A stretch of 29,042 bases of DNA. Source: Armatimonadota bacterium (GTDB lineage Bacteria; Armatimonadota; UBA5829; DTLH01). The notes beneath the pieces were generated by a model. It saw only the letters and a list, made by a program, of their open reading frames with translations, had not been told where the DNA came from and did no database searches. Shown here piece by piece: positions 17,516-26,175 of this stretch; position 1 is the stretch's first letter; every line of letters begins with the position of its first letter. The translations under genes were made by a program, and so were the position numbers. Where the stretch lies: NCBI GenBank assembly GCA_038207085.1, contig JBBRAE010000032.1:1-29042 (forward strand). The letters run 5' to 3'.

Positions 17516-18245
17516 ACTTCTCCGCCTCAGGTCACAGCAATGGATCTCCAGACAGAATATAGAAGCCATCCAACTCGCCAAGTTGCTAGTTTCCGCCGCT
17601 GAGATTCTCGACTCTGACACCCGGAGCCTACTGCGAGACACCTTTAGCGTCGAACCGATAGACTTCTATGGCTCGATGGAGTTCGGCTGGATCGCATGGC
17701 AGTGCCCTGAGCGCGGCGCGTTTCACATCAACTCCGACTGTCTTGTCGTTGAGTGCCTCCGAGACGGCGAGCCGGTCGCTCCTGGTGAGGAAGGCGAGAT
17801 TGTGATCACCAGTTTTCACTCCGATGCAGCCCCTCTCATTCGCTATGCCACCGGAGACCTGGGTGTTCTGCATCCGGGATGGTGCCAGTGCGGCAGGTCG
17901 CTCCCACTTCTATGCACCGTCAGCGGACGCCTCGCCGACTGCATCGTGCTCCCAAGCGGCAAAACGTTTTCGCCGTACTTTGTCACGTGCGCGCTCAACC
18001 ACGTGCCCGGAGTGCGCCAGTTTCAGGTGATACAGGAAGCAGACGGCAGCATCCGGGTACGGCTCGCGCACTGTGAAAAACGGCCAGAGACGGACACTGT
18101 ATCGCGGGCGATCTGCCAGGCGCTTGGGGCGGAGGTGTGTGTGGTGGTCGAACATGCCGACAGGCTCCCGCCGGAGCCGAACGGCAAGTTCAGAGTCGTA
18201 AAGTCGTTCGTAGAGCCGGTGGGAAGCGGGGTAGTGGCAAGATGA
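17499..18245 (+). pseudogene. Phenylacetate-CoA ligase/CapK-like adenylate-forming protein with a large in-frame internal deletion
   Basis: The family N-terminus (SQQWISRQNIEAIQLAKL) is joined directly to the C-terminal part (AAEILD, FYGSMEFG, GEEGEIVIT, PLIRYATGD, SGRLAD, NGKFRVV). The TSGSTG P-loop region is absent, and it is only 248 aa against roughly 450 typical. Confidence 0.75.
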
Positions 18246-19294
18246 TCGGCGACAGGACCTATCAGGCGTCGAGCCAGGATAGACTGCGATTGCGACCGCT
18301 TGCTCGTCGCAGGGAAGACGAGGTCGTCAGCATCGGAGGCGTGCCGAAGGTTCTGATCGCCAAGCGCGCGGCTTCGCTCGTTCGCCATCTGTCGCTTCAG
18401 ATCTATGAGATCGAGGGCACATTTCAGGATTCAACACTCAAGGTGCTCATTGCAGACGACGGTTCAACGCTTGACTACATCACATCTGTGGTATTTGCAG
18501 GTCATACAACCATCAAGCGACTGGAACGCGTCCCCGCAGTCTCAGCGCACAGCTTAGACGTCAGTGCAGCAGACCTGACGATTGTGGGCGCCAACTTACT
18601 TCTGGATAACCGTTTCGAGAGCGCCGGGTTTGTGATGGTCCCGAAGTGGATCAGGCTGTTCTTGCCGATCTATGGGCACCCGGACCTAATGCTGGAACAC
18701 CGCGACAGGGCTACGCGAAAGTACTTTAGGCGGCTGATGAGGACGATCGAAGACGTGGGCTACACTTCTGAAGTCACAATGGACCCGGAGTGGTTCCCCA
18801 CGTTCTACAACGAGATGTACCGCCCCTACGCCATGCAGCGGTATGGATCGCTTGCTGTGGTGCACGACTACAAAGAAGTGCGGAAGCGATTCATGCGCGG
18901 CGGCGGTTTGATCGTGAAGCGAAAGGGCGAACCAGTTGGTGCAGCAATACTGTGCCCGGAAGGCGATACGCTTTGGGTGCCGCATATGGGGGTGCTCTCG
19001 GGAAACCCGCTTATAGCACGGGAAGGTATGACGATGGCGATGGACTATTTCATTGTCGATCTCGCGCACAGGCTGGGTTACAGTGGGATAAACTTCGGGC
19101 ACGCTCGACCATTCGTAACAGACGGGGTTCTTCGGTACAAGCTCACGTGGCACATGAACGTTTGCGAGGATGACGACGCGCTGTCGGTGTTTGCGATGAA
19201 GCCGAACCCGTCGAGCGAAGCTGCGAAGATGTTCCTTTCACAGAACTCGTTCTATCACCTGCACGATGGGAACCTATCTGTATTCGCACCATAG
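18242..19294 (+). CDS. Hypothetical protein, GNAT/FemAB-like C-terminal domain
   Basis: ATGA coupling to the upstream gene. The C-terminal YFIVDLAHRLGYSGINFGHARPFVTDGVLRYKLTW resembles the FemAB/GNAT 'DFG..GV..YK..W' motif. Confidence 0.7.
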   Translation: MIGDRTYQASSQDRLRLRPLARRREDEVVSIGGVPKVLIAKRAASLVRHLSLQIYEIEGTFQDSTLKVLIADDGSTLDYITSVVFAGHTTIKRLERVPAVSAHSLDVSAADLTIVGANLLLDNRFESAGFVMVPKWIRLFLPIYGHPDLMLEHRDRATRKYFRRLMRTIEDVGYTSEVTMDPEWFPTFYNEMYRPYAMQRYGSLAVVHDYKEVRKRFMRGGGLIVKRKGEPVGAAILCPEGDTLWVPHMGVLSGNPLIAREGMTMAMDYFIVDLAHRLGYSGINFGHARPFVTDGVLRYKLTWHMNVCEDDDALSVFAMKPNPSSEAAKMFLSQNSFYHLHDGNLSVFAP

Positions 19295-19304
19295 ACTTTA
19301 CATA

Positions 19305-19344
19305 ACACATCCGGGTCGATATGATCATATCGACCCAGATGTGT
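19305..19344. repeat. 40-bp near-perfect palindrome between convergent genes
   Basis: ACACATCCGGGTCGATATGA|TCATATCGACCCAGATGTGT, with 19 of 20 pairs and no spacer. TACATAA is directly repeated at 19299-19305 and 19344-19350. Confidence 0.85.
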
Positions 19345-19392
19345 ACATAATACCAGCTTGGATTCTTTTATGTTAACGCATATACGTGCGAT

Positions 19393-20217
19393 TCAGAGCC
19401 CTTCAAAGCGACCTTCTCTAAAGATCGTGATATAGTTCATCGAGAAGTCGTCACGCCCGAGGAGCGCTTCACCACCGGCGATGAGTGCCATCAAGTAGCG
19501 GTCCATCGGGTCGATAATACCTGCATCGAGGCCGCGGTCCATAGCCAGGAGAGCAATCGCCTGGTTCAGGAACTTCCGGCCGGGCATGCCGTGGCTGATG
19601 TTCGACAACCCAGCGATTGTGTGAACACCCGGAAACTCGGTCATGATCTTCTCTATAATATCGAGCATAGATGTCCCGACGTCAGAACCCGTGCCTATAG
19701 GGAAAGTTAGCGGGTCGACGTAGATATCGTCGAGATCCACACCGGCGGCAGTGAGATTGTTCACCAGATCGCGCGCGACAGACAGGCGCTTCTCGGGGTC
19801 GGACTGTATCCCCGTGTCGTCCATCGCAAGCGCGATGACTTTGGCCTTGTTCGCCAGCACTATCGGCAGGATGCCATCCCACCTGTCGGTCTCAGCGGTG
19901 ATCGAGTTGATCATCGGCTGACCTTTGGACGTATCGTAGACACCAATCGCACGCACAAGCGCTGCGGCGTTTGGTGAGTCAAACGAAATCGGCACATCGA
20001 CCGCTTCCTGAACTACTTTTGTAATCCACTCAAGCGCCTCGGGTTCGCCTGTGGTAAGCGTGCCGCAGTTCACGTCAATGTACGTAGCCCCGGCCTCGAC
20101 TTGGTCTTTTGCCATCTTGGCGATGAACTCGACATCACGGCTGAGAACTGCCTGCTCGATAACCTTCTCGCCCTTCACCTTGCGGCTCGTGTTTATCCGT
20201 TCCCCTACTACCAGCAT
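19393..20217 (-). CDS. acsE: Methyltetrahydrofolate:corrinoid methyltransferase (AcsE / pterin-binding MT2)
   Basis: MLVVGERINTSRK, GATYIDVN, PISFDSPN, MINSIT, DIYVDPL, GLSNISHGMP, GLDAGIIDP. ATG 20217 follows AGGAGG, so the ORF-track extension to 20322 is unlikely. Confidence 0.9.
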   Translation of the reverse strand: MLVVGERINTSRKVKGEKVIEQAVLSRDVEFIAKMAKDQVEAGATYIDVNCGTLTTGEPEALEWITKVVQEAVDVPISFDSPNAAALVRAIGVYDTSKGQPMINSITAETDRWDGILPIVLANKAKVIALAMDDTGIQSDPEKRLSVARDLVNNLTAAGVDLDDIYVDPLTFPIGTGSDVGTSMLDIIEKIMTEFPGVHTIAGLSNISHGMPGRKFLNQAIALLAMDRGLDAGIIDPMDRYLMALIAGGEALLGRDDFSMNYITIFREGRFEGL

Positions 20218-20340
20218 AGTTTTATTAGCCTCCTGAGTAAATGGTGTCTTTTGCCATTTACGTTCCCGTCGTGGCGTAGACAACAGCGGCGCGGCATTTT
20301 GCGCTGCGAGAGTCTTCGCCACGAGTCCTGAAAAGAGTGC

Positions 20341-20739
20341 CTACTCTTTGCCCCATGACGGTGGATCGATCTTCTCGGCGAAGACGTTCATCCACGCCGA
20401 AGTGTGTTCAAGTCGCCAATCTCGCGCTTTTTGGACTTTGTAAAGCTTCTTCGAACGCCCCATAGCCTTTGCGCGCTTGTGGATCAGCCACCAAATACAC
20501 TTACGCTCAGGGTAGACCTCGCAGTGGCCGTCTTCGCGAGTGCCTCCACACGGGCCGTTTCGCATCTGCTTCGGGCAGCGCATCGGACAGGTGAACGCCG
20601 TATGGCTCAGGATGCACTGACCACAGTCCTGGCAGCCAAAAATCGGCTTTTTAACGCAGTTTTCAGCGAACGTCGCGCAAGCATGAAGCCTCGGACGCTT
20701 CTGGACGAACTCGGCTAGCCGCTTACTTGCTTTGCTCAT
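20341..20739 (-). CDS. metV: Methylene-THF reductase small Fe-S/Zn subunit (MetV / MTHFR_C domain), short form
   Basis: Cys pattern GCQDCGQC-x-CPMRCPKQMRNGPCGG-x-CEV-x-CIW; ATGA coupling to metF. Confidence 0.85.
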   Translation of the reverse strand: MSKASKRLAEFVQKRPRLHACATFAENCVKKPIFGCQDCGQCILSHTAFTCPMRCPKQMRNGPCGGTREDGHCEVYPERKCIWWLIHKRAKAMGRSKKLYKVQKARDWRLEHTSAWMNVFAEKIDPPSWGKE

Positions 20740-21704
20740 TGTCCTGCCTCCGATCCAACACCTGCGGGCTCATCAGCTGGGACTTCAGGCCTCGGGAGAA
20801 GCCCAGCCTCCTCGACAAGCCTCTCAGTGATAGATTCCCACATCACCGGCATAATATGAAGCCCCGCAACGCCTGCGATCCCGCGAAGCTGCTTCATAAT
20901 CTCAACCGCGATCTTTACGCCTTCCTCTGCGGCGGCCTCTTTCTCGGTGATGGCCTCCATGCGCTTGATATACTCGGCGGAGATGCGCATACCCGGCACG
21001 CTTTCTTTCATGTACAAAAGCGCCTTGACGCTTCGAACGGGCATTACGCCTGCAAGTATGAAGACCTCGCGGTCCATGCCCTGGTCGCGAACGGCGCTCA
21101 TCCATCGCTCAAAGGCTGGGATGTCGAAGACTGGCTGGGTCTGGATGAAGTCCGCGCCCGCGTCGATCTTCTTTCGCAGGTTCAGAATCCTCAACTCAAA
21201 CGGTTCGCCGAAGGGGTTCGCCGCGCCTCCGATGAACATCCTCGGCTCGGATTTCATCTCATCGCCGCTGTAGAACGTCTTCTCGTCGCGCATCTGCTTT
21301 ATCATGCCTATGAGCTGCGTCGAATCGAGATCGAATACGCCCTTCGCGTCGGGATGATTGCCGAACTTCTGATGGTCGCCGGTCAGGCAGAGCACGTTCT
21401 TCACACCAGCCGCATATGCGCCGAGAATCTCGGACTGCATCGCGAGCCGGTTTCTGTCCCGGCACGTGAGCTGCATGATCGGCTCGACGCCGCCGCAAAG
21501 GGCAAAGTAGCTCGATATCGCGCTCGACATCCGCACGATTGCCGTCTGGTTGTCTGTGAGGTTGACCGCGTCGACTACCTCCTTGAAGTAACCACACTTC
21601 TTCGCGATCAATCCCGCGTCGGCGGACTGCGGCGGACTCATCTCACCGCAGACCACGAACTCACCGGCACGAAGCAGTTTTTCAAGATTGGTGCCGCTTT
21701 TCAC
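20736..21704 (-). CDS. metF: Methylenetetrahydrofolate reductase MetF
   Basis: EMSPP, NLTDNQTA, EPIMQLTCRDRNRLAMQS, LCLTGDH, KKIDAGADFIQTQ. GTG start with GGAG RBS. Confidence 0.95.
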   Translation of the reverse strand: MKSGTNLEKLLRAGEFVVCGEMSPPQSADAGLIAKKCGYFKEVVDAVNLTDNQTAIVRMSSAISSYFALCGGVEPIMQLTCRDRNRLAMQSEILGAYAAGVKNVLCLTGDHQKFGNHPDAKGVFDLDSTQLIGMIKQMRDEKTFYSGDEMKSEPRMFIGGAANPFGEPFELRILNLRKKIDAGADFIQTQPVFDIPAFERWMSAVRDQGMDREVFILAGVMPVRSVKALLYMKESVPGMRISAEYIKRMEAITEKEAAAEEGVKIAVEIMKQLRGIAGVAGLHIMPVMWESITERLVEEAGLLPRPEVPADEPAGVGSEAGQ

Positions 21705-21740
21705 GTCACATCTCCCAGTAGGCCGGAGGATCTGTGAGGC

Positions 21741-22610
21741 CTACTTGATTCCAGCGGCGGTTTTCGCCGCACTGATAGTGTTTCGCATAAGCATTGCGAT
21801 GGTCATCGGGCCGACTCCGCCCGGAACCGGTGTAATCGCCGATGCCCGGTCAGCCGCCGAAGAAAACTCGACATCGCCGACAAGCTTGCCGCTCTCAAGC
21901 CGGTTGACGCCGACATCAATCACAACCGCGCCATCTTTTACCCAGTCGCCCTTAATCATCTCAGGCCTGCCGACCGCTGCGACGAGAACGTCAGCCTCGC
22001 GGCATACCCCGGGAAGGTCTACGGTGCGCGAGTGGCAGATAGTGACCGTCGCGTGCTCTTTCAGGAGCATAATCGCCACGGGCTTGCCGACAATGTTGCT
22101 CCTGCCGACGACTACTGCATGTTTTCCTCGAAGATCGACGCCGGTTCTGCGCAAAAGCTCCATAATTCCAGCAGGCGTGCATGGGGGCAACGGGCTCTCA
22201 TCGACAAACAGCTTGCCGACGTTCAGCGGATGGAAACCGTCGACATCTTTGCTGGGGTCGATAGCAATGAGCACCTTCTGCGAGTCGATATGGTCAGGCA
22301 GAGGAAGCTGCACGAGGATTCCGTTCACGTCGCTGCGGTTGTTCAGCTCATCTATCAAATTCAGCAGATACTCTTCGGTTGTCTCGACAGGAAGCTTATA
22401 CTCAAATGACTCTATGCCGAGCCGACCGCACGACTTCTGCTTGTTCGACACATAAACCTTGGATGCCGGGTCGTCACCGACAAGAACCACCGCCAGGCCC
22501 GGGTTCACGCCCTGCGCCTTAAGCGATTCCACATCAACCCGCATTTCCTCTTCGAGCTGATCTCTTACAGCCTTGCCATCAATAATCTTCGCAGTCATAT
22601 CTGTCGACAT
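21741..22610 (-). CDS. folD: Bifunctional methylene-THF dehydrogenase/cyclohydrolase FolD
   Basis: [49 protein letters not shown]. The start is ambiguous (22622, 22610 or 22598). Confidence 0.97.
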   Translation of the reverse strand: MSTDMTAKIIDGKAVRDQLEEEMRVDVESLKAQGVNPGLAVVLVGDDPASKVYVSNKQKSCGRLGIESFEYKLPVETTEEYLLNLIDELNNRSDVNGILVQLPLPDHIDSQKVLIAIDPSKDVDGFHPLNVGKLFVDESPLPPCTPAGIMELLRRTGVDLRGKHAVVVGRSNIVGKPVAIMLLKEHATVTICHSRTVDLPGVCREADVLVAAVGRPEMIKGDWVKDGAVVIDVGVNRLESGKLVGDVEFSSAADRASAITPVPGGVGPMTIAMLMRNTISAAKTAAGIK

Positions 22611-22627
22611 AAGTCCTTTCATTCTGG

Positions 22628-22659
22628 AGCTGTTAGCAGTTAGCTATTAGCTGTTAGCT
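22628..22659. repeat. Heptamer tandem repeat (AGCWRTT)x4.5 in the fhs-folD spacer
   Basis: AGCTGTT AGCAGTT AGCTATT AGCTGTT AGCT. Confidence 0.85.
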
Positions 22660-22699
22660 TCTTGGCGCTTGCATCTGCCAAGTTGTATCAGTAAAATAT

Positions 22700-24376
22700 T
22701 TAGAACAGTCCTACGATGTTGCCTTCTTCGTCGAATCCAATACGTTCAGCCGCAGGGGACTTCGGGAGGCCGGGCATCGTCATGATATTTCCGGTGTATA
22801 CTACGACAAATCCTGCTCCGGCGGAGATTTTCGCGTCGCGCACGGTGATCTGGAAGCCTCTGGGGCGTCCGACAACCGAAGCGTCGTCTGAAAGCGAGTT
22901 CTGGGTCTTCGCAGAGCATACCGGAAGCCCGCCGAAACCAAGCTTCTCGATCTGAGCGAGCTTCTTTTCAGCTTCAACCGTGTAGATTACGCCGTCTGCG
23001 CCGTAAATAGTCTCGGCGATCTTGTCGATTTTGTCCGTCAGGCTCATATCAAGCGAATAGAGCGGCTTGAAGTGCGAGGGCTCAGACTCGATCGTGTCGA
23101 CTACGAGCTTCGCGAGCTCTACCCCACCCTCGCCACCGTCAGCCCACACGTCTGAGAGCGCGACCAGGTAGCCCTTTTCTTGGCACAGATCATAAAGTGT
23201 CGAGACTTCCTCCTCGGTATCGGTCGGGAACTTGTTGATCGCGATGACGGGGGTCAGACCATGCGCGGTCATGTTCTCGCAGTGCTTCCAGAGGTTCTCG
23301 ATCCCGCGAGCAAGCGCCGCCGGGTCTGAGATGGTGAGTGAGTCTTTCTTGACGCCCCCATGCATCTTGAGCGCCCGGATCGTCGCGACGACGACCGCAA
23401 CAGCAGGCGAAAGTCCCGCAGTCCTGCACTTGATATTGAGGAACTTCTCAGCGCCGAGGTCCGAGCCAAAACCAGCTTCCGTGACGACGTAATCGGCGAG
23501 TTTGAGCGCCATTTTGGTCGCGATGATGGAGTTGGAACCGTGCGCGATGTTCCCGAACGGGCCACCGTGGACAAAAGCGGGTGTTCCTTCAAGTGTCTGA
23601 ACGAGGTTCGGCTTGATCGCGTCTTTCAGGAGAACTGCCATCGCGCCCGAGGCCTTCAGATCGGCAGCGGTTACGGGTTGACCCTCTTTGTTAAGCGCCA
23701 CAACCACCCTCGCAAGCCGCCTTTCGAGGTCATCTCGATCAGTCGCAAGGCAAAGAAGCGCCATAATCTCAGAGGCAGTCGTGATATCAAAACCGGACTC
23801 ACGAGGAACACCGTTGGTCTTGCCACCCAGACCAATCACGATATTTCGAAGCGCGCGCTCGTTCATGTCCATAACGCGCCGCCATGTGATCGTAAACGGG
23901 TCGATGTTGAGAGGGTTTCCCTGATATAGAGAGTTGTCGAGCATAGCGGCGAGCAGATTGTGGGCGGATGTGATCGCGTGGAAATCTCCTGTAAAGTGGA
24001 GGTTGATGTCCTCCATTGGCACCACCTGGGCGTAACCACCACCGGCGGCCCCACCCTTCACACCAAAACACGGGCCGAGGCTAGGCTCTCGTATTGCGAT
24101 CGCGGCGGACTTGCCGATCTTTCGCAGCGCGTCACCAAGACCGACCGTCGTAGTGGTCTTTCCTTCGCCCGCGGGTGTCGGTGTGATCGCAGTCACGAGG
24201 ATCAATCTGCCGTCAGGCCGCTCGGCCATCTCGTCGAACACGCCGAGCGAGATTTTGGCTTTGAAGCGTCCGTAAAGCTCAAGGTCCTCATCAGAAAGCC
24301 CGAGGTCGCGCGCAACTTCAGTGATGGGTTTCGGCCTCGCGGCCTGTGCTATTTCAACATCCGTTAGGTGTGCCAT
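22700..24376 (-). CDS. fhs: Formate-tetrahydrofolate ligase
   Basis: [77 protein letters not shown]. Confidence 0.98.
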   Translation of the reverse strand: MAHLTDVEIAQAARPKPITEVARDLGLSDEDLELYGRFKAKISLGVFDEMAERPDGRLILVTAITPTPAGEGKTTTTVGLGDALRKIGKSAAIAIREPSLGPCFGVKGGAAGGGYAQVVPMEDINLHFTGDFHAITSAHNLLAAMLDNSLYQGNPLNIDPFTITWRRVMDMNERALRNIVIGLGGKTNGVPRESGFDITTASEIMALLCLATDRDDLERRLARVVVALNKEGQPVTAADLKASGAMAVLLKDAIKPNLVQTLEGTPAFVHGGPFGNIAHGSNSIIATKMALKLADYVVTEAGFGSDLGAEKFLNIKCRTAGLSPAVAVVVATIRALKMHGGVKKDSLTISDPAALARGIENLWKHCENMTAHGLTPVIAINKFPTDTEEEVSTLYDLCQEKGYLVALSDVWADGGEGGVELAKLVVDTIESEPSHFKPLYSLDMSLTDKIDKIAETIYGADGVIYTVEAEKKLAQIEKLGFGGLPVCSAKTQNSLSDDASVVGRPRGFQITVRDAKISAGAGFVVVYTGNIMTMPGLPKSPAAERIGFDEEGNIVGLF

Positions 24377-24477
24377 GCTGTTATCCTCCCGAATCCTCGT
24401 CCCTGCCGAGTCTTTCCAGCAAACACAGGATACCCACTTCCAGCTCGTCTTTATAGTAATTCAATGTAAGATACTTA

Positions 24478-24507
24478 GCAGTCCTGACGCACGATTTGGC
24501 AGTCCTG
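24478..24507 (-). promoter_or_regulatory. Tandem direct repeats (CAGGACTGC x2, 21-bp period), putative AraC binding sites at the fhs promoter
   Basis: GCAGTCCTG occurs at 24478-24486 and 24499-24507. A -10 TACTAT lies on the minus strand at 24453-24458, so the proximal repeat overlaps the -35 position. Confidence 0.65.
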
Positions 24508-24540
24508 TAGCGTACAGGTAGAATAGTGCCCGTAACGGCG

Positions 24541-25689
24541 CTATTTAAACGCGGCGCGCACTCTCACACGGTGCTCGCGTGGGGTCTGCCCTGTATATTT
24601 CTCAAAAACTTTCGTAAAGTAGCTCTGATCGTTAAACCCGCACTCAAGGCATATCTCGACGATGCTCCTGTCCGTGCGACGCAAAAGCTCTTTGCTCTTG
24701 TCGATCCTCATCTGGTTCAAAATCTCGGTAAACGACCGCCCGAACTTCTCTTTCATAAGTCGCGAGAAGTGCGAGGGCGACATGCACGCGGCAGACGCGG
24801 CGTCATCACGAGAAATATCGTCGGCCAGGTGCTGCTCCATAAACTGAATCGCCGTCGTAAGAAGCACAGTGTTGGGGTAAGCCCGCTGCTCTTTGATCGC
24901 GTCCATTATGCGCTCAAGCATAGAGACAAGCCACGCAGAGAGGTCAGCTTCGTCGTCAATCCCCGAGAGGTCGACAAGCGAGCCAAAATGCGCACCGAGG
25001 AGCTCCGAGGGTTCAGCTCCGGCCTCGACTGCGGTGCGGCTCATCATCACAACGAGCTCAAGTAGAAAGCTCTTCAGGAGGCCCGTCCTGTCTCTACCCA
25101 GAAAGTAGATGCCTACCAGGGTCCTGTTGATGATCTCCCTTGCCTGGTGCCTGTCGCCGCGCTTGATCGCGGCAAGCAAGCCCGGTTCCTCGCGAAGATA
25201 GATATCGCGGATGGAGTCGTAGCAGCGGCTCTTAAGCTCATGAATCGCCTCTGCCCGTCTTGACTCGCGATCGGCGTCAAGCTTTCGCAACTCCAGGAAC
25301 GGCCCGTTGGTCAGGTTCGACTCGACCGCAAGCTGAAGGAGCCTATCTGCAGCTGCGCGAATCCTCGTCGCGCTCCATTTTTCACGGGAGAAGTCGTCGA
25401 TAGGTATTCCACCCGCAACCAGACCACCCAGAAGCTCCGAGTTTCGCATCACCGGAATCGCCCAGATGATGCAATTGCCGGAACATAGATGAAGGTAAGG
25501 CTCTCCCCATCGCAGGGTTTCCTCAACGGCGCGCGACCTCGCTTCACGGCAACGCACCGTCTCTTCGGGTGAGTCGCAGCATAGCCCACCTTCAAGCAGG
25601 TCCCCATGTCTGTCGATCAGCGACACAGACAGGCCGTATTCCTTGCGATATCGATTTGCCAGATGATTGAACAGGATTGAGTCGACCAA
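24541..25689 (-). CDS. AraC family transcriptional regulator with N-terminal PocR-like sensor domain
   Basis: N-terminal GLSVSLID...C...GEPYLHLCSGNCIIWAIPV...LLGGLVAG (PocR-like) and a C-terminal double HTH (SPSHFSRLMK, CGFNDQSYFTKVFEKYTGQTPREHR). TTG start with AGGAG RBS. Confidence 0.9.
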   Translation of the reverse strand: MVDSILFNHLANRYRKEYGLSVSLIDRHGDLLEGGLCCDSPEETVRCREARSRAVEETLRWGEPYLHLCSGNCIIWAIPVMRNSELLGGLVAGGIPIDDFSREKWSATRIRAAADRLLQLAVESNLTNGPFLELRKLDADRESRRAEAIHELKSRCYDSIRDIYLREEPGLLAAIKRGDRHQAREIINRTLVGIYFLGRDRTGLLKSFLLELVVMMSRTAVEAGAEPSELLGAHFGSLVDLSGIDDEADLSAWLVSMLERIMDAIKEQRAYPNTVLLTTAIQFMEQHLADDISRDDAASAACMSPSHFSRLMKEKFGRSFTEILNQMRIDKSKELLRRTDRSIVEICLECGFNDQSYFTKVFEKYTGQTPREHRVRVRAAFK

Positions 25690-25773
25690 AGAAATGTCTC
25701 CTAATGAGAATTCTCTGACTACAGATTAGTGTAAGAACGAGGAAAGGTCAAGGGAGAATGCTCTGAACATAAA

Positions 25774-25962
25774 ATTGCCCCGCCTGTGCCGTGTGTCTAC
25801 CGAGTTTTTGAACCCCGTAAAAAACAGGGCGGGGGCCAAAGCCGGTATCTCGCGATTTCCCCTTTCGGGGACTGCCACTTGAATACCGAACCAATCCGGC
25901 TCCCTAAGCAATGAGTGTCGGCTCAAAACTTCCTCGACTAATCACGCACACTGCAGGGCAAT
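25774..25962 (-). ncRNA. ssrS: 6S RNA (SsrS)
   Basis: About 189 nt. The 5' TTGCCCTGC..TGTGCGTG..TCGAG..TTTTGAGCC pairs with the 3' GGGTTCAAAAACTCGG..CACGGCACA..GCGGGGCAA, leaving a central bubble and an apical CCCC-GAAA-GGGG hairpin. It has the typical GGGAGCC and GGGTTCAA..ACGGCAC elements and its own promoter. Confidence 0.85.
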
Positions 25963-25986
25963 GCTAAGACCAACTTTATATGTCTT

Positions 25987-26015
25987 ATTTTACCACCTTT
26001 TTCCGCGATTCACAA
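25987..26015 (-). promoter_or_regulatory. sigma70-type promoter of 6S RNA
   Basis: The minus strand reads TTGTGA-N17-TAAAAT with an extended TG (TGgTAAAAT). Confidence 0.7.
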
Positions 26016-26072
26016 TCAAATTACAGAGCAAAATTTCATCTTTTTCAGCTACCTGATATCGACCAGGCTCGG

Positions 26073-26102
26073 TTGACATGAGGCCGGTTTTCGACTTATA
26101 CT
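26073..26102 (+). promoter_or_regulatory. sigma70-type promoter of the LCP gene
   Basis: TTGACA-N18-TATACT. It implies a TSS near 26109, so ATG 26104 cannot be the start. Confidence 0.6.
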
Positions 26103-26175
26103 TATGCGGGCACGGGACTCCGTAGGTATTCCCCATGCCAGCGTAAAGTATCCAGCGGGAGGAGACACCACACAG

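Noticed and set aside
20727..22455. 336-aa and 255-aa plus-strand ORFs
   Set aside because: They are antisense shadows of metF and folD.
24377..24450. ZTP (pfl) or THF riboswitch in the fhs leader
   Set aside because: The conserved motifs (GACTGGCG...CGCCTGGGCA) are absent and the leader is short. AraC-type repeats explain the regulation better.
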